From positions 12,123,886 through 12,170,445 of the forward strand of contig NC_068997.1 of NCBI RefSeq assembly GCF_001194135.2: a stretch of 46,560 nt of DNA, written 5' to 3'. Source of the DNA: Octopus bimaculoides. Lineage: Eukaryota. The notes beneath the pieces are model-generated. The model was not told the DNA's origin, made no database searches, and saw only the letters and a program-made list of their open reading frames with translations. The position numbers and the translations under genes are program-made. This document shows positions 24,124 through 35,975 of the stretch, piece after piece (position 1 is the stretch's first letter; the number at the start of each line of letters is the position of its first letter).

Positions 24124-24298
24124 AATCTTTCTATTAAAGGCACAAAGCCTGAAATTTAGGAGAATGGGGCTTGCCGATTACATGGATCCAATGCATTACT
24201 GGTACTTATTGCATCGACCTCCGAAAGGATGATAGGCAAAATCGACCTCAGCGGACTTTGAACTCAGAACGTAAGAACGGACGAAATGCCGCTTAGCA
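24124..24298 (-). mobile_element. SINE family A, 5'-truncated
   Basis: Ends at ...gaaatgccgcttagca. Confidence 0.88.
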
Positions 24299-24969
24299 AC
24301 ACGCCGCTGAGTCACAAAGAACAATAAATATATGATACTGTGGGATTTTGCAATCCAATGTAACTCCGTAATCGATACTCGGTGACTAGATATGGTTGTG
24401 GTAGACAAAGGGGAAAAGGAAACCAATGATGAAGTAACAATGTCCTGATGCAGTACCAGACAGTGGCTCTCGTGGTTTCTGATCTTAACCATCTGGAAGT
24501 ATTATCACGTACGTTGTTTTGTCTTGGTATAAAAGATGGCTACAGATTTGTTTGTCAGTCCCTTGACTAAGCAGTTGAGCATGTCCCTTAGTGACTGACG
24601 ATATGAGCATCTCTGATCACCAGCAGAAGTAGTGGGGGATCATCATAGTTAAGTGTTGATAGGGATTCTTTGAGGTTTCAATAATTCACCTCTCGAAACA
24701 TGGGTGTTCTGTTCATCATCCTTAAACAAACCTTATTCAGGGACCTTTTGAGTCGGATGGGCTACTCGACCTGAAAAAAATTCTAAGTGGCTCCCACCTA
24801 CTAGGTCATGCGCTGCTTATCTTGATATTAGATCACCATGCAGTGCACATATGATTGTGTTGCATGGGCCTGGTGTGCCCTTATCAGACGGGTAGTCATG
24901 TTGGGTATATTGGACTTCATATGTTTGTACTCCAGTATCACTTTGATGGAATGTGTTGTTCTTTCACTC
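24299..24969 (+). mobile_element. R4/Dong RLE fragment followed by ~540 nt of non-coding sequence (putative 3' UTR) ending at (AAG)n
   Basis: 24311-24425 translates to VTKNNKYMILWDFAIQCNSVIDTR*LDMVVVDKGEKET (RLE motif WDFxIQxDxxIxxRRPDIVVVDK). That the downstream non-coding part belongs to the same element is inferred. Confidence 0.7.
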
Positions 24970-25070
24970 AAGAAGAAGAAGAAGAAGAAGAAGAAGAAGA
25001 AGAAGAAGAAGAAGAAGAAGAAGAAGAAGAAGAAGAAGAAGAAGAAGAAGAAGAAGAAGAAGAAGAAGAA
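24970..25070. repeat. Perfect (AAG)n tract
   Basis: Visible. Confidence 0.97.
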
Positions 25071-25861
25071 TGATATAGTGCCTGTTATTTTTAATTTTTT
25101 TAATGCTGTGAGCATCAAAAGAATCTAATTAGGAGTACACACGTGCTTTGGAAAAGACAATATTAGGTTAATGACTAATATAATTTCCATCGGTTTTGGC
25201 AAATACGAGAGAGAACAGTTTTTATTTCCAGTCATTTTAAGCCTACTCAACGAAACAGACTTTACTGCACTTACTAAAATAGTTAAAAGTGAATTACTAA
25301 GTAAATGTACACAATGGTGTGAAAAAATTCAAAAAGATTTATTCAAAAAGATTTATTCAAAAACGCAAAAAGCTTTATTTAGGTTAATTAGTCGGTTAAT
25401 TAATCCAAATGGATGGCGGTGGCGCCATTCATTTGGGAAAAAATAAGCCATTAGTTAAGTATTGCTATTTAGATTTGTAATGTTCTTACATTAAATAGGT
25501 TAAAAGTAAAGTGACTATTGTATTCAGTCGCAAGCAGCCTCTCCGTCTAATTAACTTGAATGAAGTTTTTTGTTTAAATGTCTCGCAGCTTTCACTTGAT
25601 TACTGTTAAAGTACTGAGTTTGAAATAGTGACGTGCATTTAAGAAGTACGCTTTTTGCAAGCATGGGATACAGGTTTCAATCTCAGTGCACGGCACTTCT
25701 GTCAAATGTTTCCTACAATATCTTATCGGATGACCAATCGTTGTGAGTGGAATTCGGTCGGCTGAAATTGTGCAGAGGTTTGTCGTACACACGTAAACAT
25801 ACGCATGTGCACACACATGTATATATACATCTTCAAAATGTAACAACATGTAAATCCTTGC

Positions 25862-26040
25862 TGATTTCTCTTTCCTCCGTCTTTCTTTTCTATTGGTCTT
25901 TCCTCTGTTTCTGAAGAGGAGCGTTCGCTCGAAACGTTAAACCATCTTTCTTTCCTTCCCTGAGCGTCTGCTAATACTTTACATGTACCACGTACTTGCG
26001 TTATTGTTTTTTTGTGTGTTTGTTCTTCGTTTTGGGGGAT
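25862..26040 (+). mobile_element. HHR-bearing short repeat (family A), copy 1
   Basis: Shares an identical 42-nt block (25952-25993 = 39941-39982) and a pyrimidine-rich leader with 39853-40045; ends at (TA)n. Confidence 0.85.
25907..25942 (+). ncRNA. Minimal type I hammerhead ribozyme
   Basis: GUUU-CUGAAGA-G-GAGC-GUUC-GCUC-GAAA-CG-UU-AAAC. Stem I 4 bp, stem II 4 bp, palindromic ACGU stem III; predicted cleavage after 25938. Confidence 0.82.
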
Positions 26041-26048
26041 TTATATAC

Positions 26049-26108
<60 letters not shown>

Positions 26109-26191
26109 ATATATATATAAGAATGTCGATGCAAACCAGAAAAAACTGAACTCTAAATATGAATAAATGTGTATTTTTATAAATATTTAGC

Positions 26192-26605
26192 AGTAGTAAC
26201 CGAGTAACCGAGGTCCAAGAGTTTCGTGCGTTGACACTTATTAAAACGGTCACAAGTCTTCGACCTGTGAGTTTGTACAACTTGTGTTAGATATATTTCC
26301 CTCACGATTGTTCTAGATCAAATTCTAAAAATCATAAACATGTTACGTGGATAACGCAAATAGTTTGCCTGTTATGTCGTTCAATAAGTAAATACATAGA
26401 TAAATAGATAAATAAGTACAGAAATAAAGAGAGAAAAAAAGAAAGAAACCTTGTGCGTGTCATTACACACGCGCTCGCACCCTCACGCACCCTCACGCAC
26501 ATATACCAAAAACACGCAACAAAATTCGAACATACACATACACCAGACAGAGTGTATATATATGCGGATATATGCATACATGGACACGCTCGCACGCTTA
26601 TACAT

Positions 26606-26640
<35 letters not shown>

Positions 26641-27223
26641 CACACACACACATNNNNNNNNNNNNNNNNNNNNNNNNNNNNNNNNNNNNNNNNNNNNNNN
26701 NNNNNNNNNNNNNNNNNNNNNNNNNNNNNNNNNNNNNNNNNNNNNNNNNNNNNNNNNNNNNNNNNNNNNNNNNNNNNNNNNNNNNNNNNNNNNNNNNNNN
26801 NNNNNNNNNNNNNTATATATATATCCACATACATATGCGTTTCGGTATGTGGATGTGTGCGTGAGTACATATACGTATATATGTATATAATATATATATA
26901 TGTATGTGTAAATGTGCGTATATACTTGTAACAAGACAGAGAAAGAAAGAAAAAGGCAAAGACTTTTTATTTTATATTGTACTTTATTTCACATTTATAT
27001 TTATTTTATTCTGTATTTCTTTACTTTCGTCTACTTACCGTGTGTATGTGCACACACACACGCACACACACACACACACACACACCCACATATGTATATA
27101 TATGCGTAGGAGCATGTATATTTATGTATATATGTATGTGTAAATGTACGTGTGTATATGAACATATACGTATGTATATGTACGTATATGTGTTTATGTG
27201 TCTGTGTATGAGTATATGTATGA

Positions 27224-27279
<56 letters not shown>

Positions 27280-27591
27280 TTATATGTATGTGTGTGTGTG
27301 TGTGTGTGTGTACGTGCGTGCGTGCGTGCGTGCGGTGACACGCACAAGGTTTCTTTCTTTTTTCTCTCTTTGTCTTTATTTATTTATTTAACGACGTATT
27401 TGCTCATGAACGGGTAAACTATTTGCATTATCCACGTGACATTCCCGTGATTTTAAAATTTGATCTAGAACAATCGAGACGGGAATATATTTGTCACCAG
27501 CTGTATAAACTCTGAGGTCTTCGACCTGTGACTATTTTGGTAACTGTCAATATACGAAACTCTCGGATTTTGAGTCACTGTTACCTCTACT
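26192..27591. repeat. Long diverged inverted repeat (arms 26192-26462 and 27336-27591) around a microsatellite-rich core
   Basis: Perfect inverted blocks include cgattgttctagatcaaatt (26305-26324 vs 27457-27476) and gaaagaaaccttgtgcgtgtca (26441-26462 vs 27336-27357). Confidence 0.88.
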
Positions 27592-28062
27592 ATATATATG
27601 AATATATATATNNNNNNNNNNGTTTGTGTGTGTGAGTGAACGTAAGTATGTCTGCGTGCGTTTAGGTCGATGTTTTGGCGATGGACCTTGGCGAAGGATA
27701 CGAATATTGATTGGAAAACCGAAATGAAGTTGTTACGAACAGGAAATCTCTTGTGATATATATTCTGATATTTTGTGTCATTCCAGCCTTCATAAAACAA
27801 TGGACAAATTAATGTTCCTTTGGGAAGGTGCAACAAACGACGTTATTTGTCACAAATCTGATATAAATATAAAAACATCATAAATTCTCTCATGACCAAA
27901 TTATGAAGTCAATTTTCTGTGTTCGAATTAATTAATTAACAGTAGAATACTTGGTACGATACACTCATTTGTCTGTAGTTCAGCGATGAAAAAACTCGGT
28001 TGGCAGCATCAGTAATAACCTCATTGGTATTTTTTTAATTGTAGTGTCATTGATATTAACAA

Positions 28063-28270
28063 GGCGGCGATCTGACAGAATCGTTAGAGCACTGGGTAAA
28101 ACGCCTAGCGATATTTCGTTCGCTTTTACGTTCTGAGTTCAAATTCCGCTCTGGTCGACTTTCATCATCGGGGTCGATAAAATATGTACCAGTTCAGCAC
28201 TAGGATCAATGTCATCGACATTCTCCCACCCCTGAAATTGCTGGCCTTGAGTTAAAATTTGAAACCAGTA
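28063..28270 (+). mobile_element. SINE family A (partial second copy at 28375-28435)
   Basis: ggcggcgatctgacagaatcgttag...gttctgagttcaaattccgc...gctggccttgagttaaaatttgaaacc. Confidence 0.88.
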
Positions 28271-30114
28271 TCGTTGAAGTTAGTACCCCATTCAAATATC
28301 ATGAAAATTAAGATTTCACTCTTATATTTGGGACATTATCAAAGCCAGCAATATCAAAGATAGAAAGCTGGTAGCAAAATGCTTAGCGGCATTTCGTCCA
28401 ACTTTATGTTCTGTATTCAAATTCCGCCGAGGTCCATTTTAATTAAGGAACTGTTTTCTCAACATTTATGCTGAGAAATATAGTTTTCTTATGAAATTTA
28501 TGGACATCTTTGTTGTTAGCATCATGAGATATATAAAACCAAACTAACGACTTATAGCGCCAGTATATTTCTTATATTGATTATATGAAATACACTGGCA
28601 AAAAAGACAAATTTGAACTGTATGAAATGACATATTAAAGAGAAGAGGTAGGAGGCATTTAGTCTTTCGCACAACAACTTCTATATCCGTTACCGTACGC
28701 AAATGAAGAAATGATGAGCTCATTTCGCCAGCTCAGAACGTTATTTCGAAAGTACCTTTAATTGGTCGTTCGACTGTCAAGAAATAACAGCTAAAATTTC
28801 TTTAAATATTTATCCTATTGATTTAAAAAAATAGAGGGTACTTCAGATACATCGTTTACATGTTTTTCTGAGAAATAGTAAGTAGGATGATTATATCGGC
28901 TGGATCTTCTTTAATCATAGGCATGTTCTATCAATGTTAAGTCTTGCTTAACAACGAAAGTCTTCGTTTAGAAGAGAATAAAATGCTGTGCATTCCATAC
29001 CTTTCTCTTGTGGTCAGCAACTTATCTCAAACATTATAGCGCCTCCGACTATCTGTTAACGTTCTGTTTACAAACGAAGACAAGTTTTTAGGAGACGAGT
29101 TCAAATGATTGATTCGAAACTATATATATTTTTGATACATATATTATCAATACTTGGCTTCAATCAGCCAAGTATTGATAATATCAGGGTTGAAAGTACA
29201 ACTTTGATATTTGCAGGGTTATACTTTCCTTCATTATTGGTCACTAATCTTGCTTGCAAAAAGAAAAAAATAATAATAAATACGTGTTTAAGAAGTACCA
29301 TATTTACCAATATACAAGTTTTGTCTCTTTTAAGAAACTACGGTTAGTGTCGACGAAATATAGGAAAAATTCAATCGATAAACAAAATCTGGCCATCTTC
29401 CATATCTACAACTGAGCATTATTTAAATAATCGATCCGTGATTAATAAACGTCATGGCCTTATGACATCAAGATATAATTTAGTTATGAAATTACCGAAA
29501 ATATTCGATAGTGAATAGAAATGTTCCTGTTTGTAAAGATACACAATTTAGATGAAAATATATATATTGAAAAAAAAAAACGAGGACTAATATTTGGCGG
29601 ATAATGGCTGTCAACATGAACAGAAATATGTATGTTATGACTTATGGGAGAATATATATGATTATGTACCGTTACATGAATATTTATGTTAGATTATATT
29701 CTTTACGATAATCATAATGTCAGTGTTAATTTAATATATTTTCCATATGTCACTTGTGACCTATAAGAAATGCAGACAATGTTTAAATTTCATATGTCAA
29801 GCGAATAGCATAGAAAAATTAGGTTCTCAAAAAATTCCCTGTAAACGAAAACGGAAAAATCACTATCATTATTTTGCAAATGGTACTTCACAAATGATTC
29901 TTCACAAATTGCATGAAGAAAATTAAGCGTTACGTTAATTTATTGTTTTGCTTTGTCCTGTGTATATATAAACATACATGGTTACATACATACATATATG
30001 TGTGGGGGGGGGAGAAAGAGAAAGAGAGCGAGAACGGAAAAACTGTTAATGTGTGTACGTGTGTGTGTGAGTAGGGAATCAATTATTAGTGTGCGCGTGT
30101 GTGTGTGTGTGTGT

Positions 30115-30145
<31 letters not shown>

Positions 30146-30289
30146 GTGTGTGTGTGTGTGTCTGTGCGTGTGTGCTGTAACTGAAATAATATGACAATAT
30201 GAAATGTTAGCAAAATGTCTAGGTACACTTTAATAATACCTTTCAATTTACCGTCACATTTAACACACATTATGTTCTGCTTTACTTTC

Positions 30290-30323
<34 letters not shown>

Positions 30324-30834
30324 TATATATATATGTGGGGGGGGGGTATGTGTGTATTGAAAGAGAGAAAAGGAGAAAGAGAGAGAGAGAGCTCCCAGAA
30401 AGCTATAAGTTGTTGCTCAAGCACTCACCTCTCAGTATTTTGGTTTCCAAGTCAGAAAGCTGATGATGAATTTTTTTTATTCCTTGATTCCTTGTCATGT
30501 GACTTTTGTTTTTGAGAGAAAAACAAAATTCACATCTTGAAATGTCATATAGCATCAACCACGTGTTAGTCAAAGACCATCCCAAGATACATGGTTCCTT
30601 CTACTTTCGTTTCTCTTTCCAATCTCTGTCTTCTTCTTTCTCTCCCCTCCTCCCTTCCTTCCTGTTTTCTCTTTCTCCTCTTCTAAACAAAACAAAACAA
30701 CATCCACTTTTCGAACTGTTTAGAAGAGTGAAGAAAATGTCTGTGCATCATATCTAAGGAGTTCCATTGAACGGACGGAAGCGCTAATAAAGAACTATCC
30801 CAAATTTTGACTGCCTCCTTCAATATACATATAT

Positions 30835-31643
30835 ATAATAGTGTAGAAACAATTTACGTATTTATACACAAAACAGGTGACCTTTAACAGGACACCTTAC
30901 ATGCTAGAAAGGGCAGTTAAAGCTCAAACCACGAATAAGAACTATTTCAAAGGGAATGAATTAAAAAATATTTTTGTAGTTATTCTCAGACTCGAGTTTC
31001 TGTATCAATGTGCAAAATAAATTAATTTGCTATCCGTACTTCTTCAGTGAGGGTGCTAAAATTAATGCCTATTTATGCAGCAGACAGCACCGAAGACACA
31101 CGTGCTACATACTTATACATTATAATTTTCAAATCCACTGCGCAAGCACAGTTATATTCGGTACCGAATGGTAATAAAGAATTAAAACTGCAAAAATATT
31201 TTTTATTTTCATTCCCTTTGAAATGCTCTTATTCGTGGTTTGGGCTTTAACTGCCCTTTCAGAGTTTCGAAGCCTTTCTGGTACGCAGTTTTAATTTTTT
31301 ATTATTATTTGCTGCCGAATGTAACTGCGCTTGCGCAGTGGATTTGAAAATTATAATGTATAAGTATGTAGCACGTATATTTTCGGTGCTATTTGCCGCA
31401 CAAATATGCTTTAAATATAGCGCCCTCACTGAAGAACTACGGATGGCAAATTAATTTATTTTGCATATTGATACAGAAACTCGAGCATTGAGGGTAATTA
31501 CAATTTTTTTTTTAATTTCATTTTCTTTGAAATTGCCTCTTATTCGTGGTTTCGGCTTTAACTTCCCATTCTAGCATGTAAGGTGTCCGATTAAAAGTCA
31601 CCTCTTACATGTAGAAATACGTAAATTGTTTGTGCACTATTAT
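30835..31643. repeat. Nested inverted-repeat (foldback/MITE-like) structure
   Basis: Arms 30835-31191 and 31285-31643 are inverted copies; 31192-31260 is a further inverted copy of 30907-30976. Confidence 0.9.
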
Positions 31644-31768
31644 TTACACTATCTGCATGTCCGCTCAGGAACTAGTGCATGCAAAAATTTCATATACAAA
31701 TGCACAATCACCACGCCACAATACGCATACACAGTAGCCTCCGAAAACCAATTTAAGGTCCGTTAACG

Positions 31769-31955
31769 TTCCAAATTTTGGCACAAAGTCCGGAGGGTGT
31801 TAATCGATTACATTTACTCTAGTGCTTAACTGGTACGTATCTTGTCGTCCCCGAATGGATGAGAAGCAAAGTTGACACCGTCGGGGTTTGACAGCGAAAT
31901 GCAAAAAGCCGGAATAACGCTAAACATTCTGTCCAACGCGGCAGCGCGCCACCTT
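31769..31955 (-). mobile_element. SINE family A, diverged
   Basis: ttccaaattttggcacaaag...aactggtac...gcaaagttgacacc...cgccacctt. Confidence 0.75.
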
Positions 31956-32196
31956 AGCATACACAAAATTATGTGATCACGTTTGCCACTGGCTATGCAT
32001 AAATATTTTGTTATTAGATATATTTTTCCCCCATTTTTCCCATGTTTACGAAGGTGACCAAGACATCACAGTTCAGACACCGACAACACTTATTAAAAGT
32101 CATTAACAACGGAGGACAAATTCACCCGAGGCAACCAGAGAACCCCAACTGTCAGAATTTTAGATAATTCTGTAAATATATATATATATATATATA

Positions 32197-32358
32197 GTGA
32201 GAATTTGAAAAGAAAACCAAAGACGAAAACGGGTATGTTAACAACAAACAGATGTATTAGTTTAACAATTGGGAAGTGAGAAAGTGTTGTACGTTTCGAG
32301 CCTACGCTCTTCGACAGAAAGGAACACAGAAATTAAACAGGGAGAGAAAATAGGAAAA
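32197..32358 (-). mobile_element. HHR-bearing short repeat related to family A; degenerate HHR at 32286-32321
   Basis: Minus strand reads CCUUU-CUGUCGA-A-GAGC-GUAG-GCUC-GAAA-CG-UA-CAAC, with an A6U change and a broken stem I. Same stem II arms as 25919-25930; ends at (TA)n. Confidence 0.72.
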
Positions 32359-33510
32359 GGTTTAGTGACTAGCGATCTATCATGGCGAAGTGTGAAAGTA
32401 GCAGTGAAAGATTGGGCGTTTACCTTTAGAAGACGGGAAAACGTTGCCAGCAGGCGGCTACGAGGAGTCGAATCCCATATCCATTAGATACCGGCTGCGT
32501 ATTGTAACCATTCAGCCAATGGTTATAAAATGTTCTCACATTTGAAAAGCTATTATATCACATTGAAATTGACGGTAATTGTTATCAGGGTCCGTTTAGC
32601 TATATTGAGTTCAAAATTTACTTTCTTGTTTGTAATATATATATATATATATACACACAGATATTAAATGAAATAGAGAAATAAAACTGACAAACAAAAA
32701 TTTATTTACATTATAGTATAATACATATAATATATATATATATACTATATATATACTATATATATATATACTATATAAAAATATAATATAACATAACAAT
32801 TTTTTTAAAAAGCACATATAAAGCCAACAATTTGTCTCTACTTACGTCAGTAGTGAATTTATAAAAAAAATTCTATCTATTTATACAAGCCTCTTCGAGG
32901 ACTTGGTTAAAAAAAAATACGTAATTCCATGTAAGGACTGCCACATTGCAANNNNNNNNNNNNNNNNNNNNNNNNNNNNNNNNNNNNNNNNNNNNNNNNN
33001 NNNNNNNNNNNNNNNNNNNNNNNNNNNNNNNNNNNNNNNNNNNNNNNNNNNNNNNNNNNNNNNNNNNNNNNNNNNNNNNNNNNNNNNNNNNNNNNNNNNN
33101 NNNNNNNNNNNNNNNNNNNNNNNNNNNNNNNNNNNNNNNNNNNNNNNNNNNNNNNNNNNNNNNNNNNNNNNNNNNNNNNNNNNNNNNNNNNNNNNNNNNN
33201 NNNNNNNNNNNNNNNNNNNNNNNNNNNNNNNNNNNNNNNNNNNNNNNNNNNNNNNNNNNNNNNNNNNNNNNNNNNNNNNNNNNNNNNNNNNNNNNNNNNN
33301 NNNNNNNNNNNNNNNNNNNNNNNNNNNNNNNNNNNNNNNNNNNNNNNNNNNNNNNNNNNNNNNNNNNNNNNNNNNNNNNNNNNNNNNNNNNNNNNNNNNN
33401 NNNNNNNNNNNNNNNNNNNNNNNNNNNNNNNNNNNNNNNNNNNNNNNNNNNNNNNNNNNNNNNNNNNNNNNNNNNNNNNNNNNNNNNNNNNNNNNNNNNN
33501 NNNNNNNNNN

Positions 33511-33545
<35 letters not shown>

Positions 33546-33569
33546 CGTACATACATACATACTAGATAT

Positions 33570-33820
33570 GTATCGCGCGACCAAGTGACCGACCAGGCCA
33601 TCAGATGTTGTTACACGTCGCTGGTCACAATGCCTACATTATTTTAGTCTTCAAATGAAACCACCGTGCTTGGCTAGGTGAACAGTTCGACATTTCCCCC
33701 AGATTGAAAGGGGTCTGGATCAACGTGAAATTAATTGTTTTTGCTCAAGAACACAACGCGCTGCCGAATCATGGAATCGAAACCACGATCGAGCGATAGT
33801 GAGTGTAACAACCTAACTAA
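33570..33820 (-). mobile_element. SINE with a family C-like tRNA head and a different 3' half
   Basis: Reverse complement of 33725-33820 matches 1533-1640 (ttcgattcc, tttcacgttg.tccag); 33570-33690 is unrelated to 1640-1840. Confidence 0.7.
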
Positions 33821-34039
33821 TATATATCTTGTCCATAACAAAGAAATGAGTCTCTCAAGAGATATAATTCAAATTACCAATGCGATATACTTTCAATATC
33901 AGTAACTTCTCTTTGCAGCCCTGTAAAAAACTAATTTGTTTCCTAATAATAAACGATTACTATTAGCTATATATCGATATATATATATATATATATATGT
34001 ATGTATTTATGCATGTCTGCCCGTCTGTCTTAATGTTTG

Positions 34040-34067
34040 TATGTATGTATTTATGCATGTATGCATG

Positions 34068-34101
<34 letters not shown>

Positions 34102-34190
34102 TGTATGTATGTATGTATGTATGTATGTATGTATGTATGTATGCATGTATGCGATGTATGAATGCATGTATGTGTGTGTGAATGAAGGTA
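34040..34190. repeat. (TATG)n tract
   Basis: Visible tetranucleotide run. Confidence 0.95.
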
Positions 34191-34368
34191 TGTATGTAAT
34201 ATATTCTTTCTCGTTCTCTTTCTTAATCTTCCCAGATTTTTTCTACTTTTCAGGAAGAGGACACCAACTTCGAAACTATGAAGGACACGATTTTCCTGTC
34301 AGTTTAGCTTTAACAACTGTTTTTTATTTGACATTACACACCCGCGCACACCATATACATATATACAC

Positions 34369-34400
<32 letters not shown>

Positions 34401-35789
34401 NNNNNNNNNNNNNNNNNNNNNNNNNNNNNNNNNNNNNNNNNNNNNNNNNNNNNNNNNNNNNNNNNNNNNNNNNNNNNNNNNNNNNNNNNNNNNNNNNNNN
34501 NNNNNNNNNNNNNNNNNNNNNNNNNNNNNNNNNNNNNNNNNNNNNNNNNNNNNNNNNNNNNNNNNNNNNNNNNNNNNNNNNNNNNNNNNNNNNNNNNNNN
34601 NNNNNNNNNNNNNNNNNNNNNNNNNNNNNNNNNNNNNNNNNNNNNNNNNNNNNNNNNNNNNNNNNNNNNNNNNNNNNNNNNNNNNNNNNNNNNNNNNNNN
34701 NNNNNNNNNNNNNNNNNNNNNNNNNNNNNNNNNNNNNNNNNNNNNNNNNNNNNNNNNNNNNNNNNNNNNNNNNNNNNNNNNNNNNNATATATATATATAT
34801 ATATATATACAAACACACATATACAATACGAAAGTGAAGTAGAGTGTATAAAGTAAAATGTGAGATGCATTTACATTAGAGACGCAAGTTTTATTGGCAT
34901 TGATCAATGAGTAGAGACGCACGGTATGAAGTAGTATGGAACATCATTTTAGCCATAAATAAAACATAATCATGTTCCAGCAATGCTGAAACCAAATTTT
35001 CTTTGTGGAAGAATAAAGACACTTGTGTATTTGGCTAAAATAAAGTATTATTGGTGCTACTGTGTATAACATAATATTAGCCACTAGAAATTTTAAGTGT
35101 CAGGTTTTAGATAATTTGCATAATTACTTGTGTCTTATCATAGCTGGCAGGCAATTACAATACTTACTGTTATAACAGCCATTTTTTTTTTCTGCTAATC
35201 AATCTTTACCGCACGGTTATTAGACTTTCACTCCAAATCGAATACGTATAATTAGGCAATCTCGTGTGTGTATATACTAAGGTCTGTCATAGAATTTAAT
35301 ACATGTACAAATTTCACCACAGAAAAATGAAGTTTTATTTAAAATGTAAAAGCACGAAGAGAAACGTTTATAGCACTTTAGCATATAAATCGGATAAAAT
35401 TGGTCGACCATAAAAAGACTGTATCATTTATTCATAGCGTTCATATTGATGGGTTATTATGTTTTGTATCATGGTAACTTTGCACCTATTTTCGCATCAG
35501 TGGATCATGTCTCCTTAATTTTCATATTTTTATATAGTTCGTGAGTTAGTTGGTCCGTCGTTGTCGACGATGACCTAGGACATGTTTCCATATAACATCA
35601 TATAACGGAAGTCGATTTAGCTGAATTACTTAGAGAAATATTTAGTTACGAACTTTTAAGTTCTGGTTTCAAATCTTGGATTGGTCGACTTAACATTGCA
35701 TTCATTATATTAAGAAAAAAACATACCACATAGGCATTTTGATATAATGAACCATACTCCTATAAATTTGAGTCTTTGGACCTATATTG

Positions 35790-35975
35790 GCTTCAAATTT
35801 TGGCATAAAGCCAGCAATTTCGAAGAAGGTCTAAGTCGATTACATCGACCCCAAAGCTCGACTGGTACTTGTTTTATTGACCACGAAAGGACGAAAGGCA
35901 AAGTGGACCTCGGCGAAATCGTAACTCATAATATAAAGACGGACGAAATACCGGTAAGATTTTTTCCCGGCGTGG
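35790..35975 (-). mobile_element. SINE family A
   Basis: ttcaaattttggcataaagccagcaatttc...gacggacgaaataccgg; possible diverged TSD tttggacctatatt / tttaggccgatatt. Confidence 0.85.

Noticed and set aside
25171-25446. 91-aa ORF with natural-looking composition
   Set aside because: No recognisable motif or splice signals, and it contains a local tandem duplication.
34251-34285. caggaagagg...ttcgaaac after a pyrimidine tract, resembling HHR family A or an exon start
   Set aside because: The core is broken, stems are not supported and there is no donor site.
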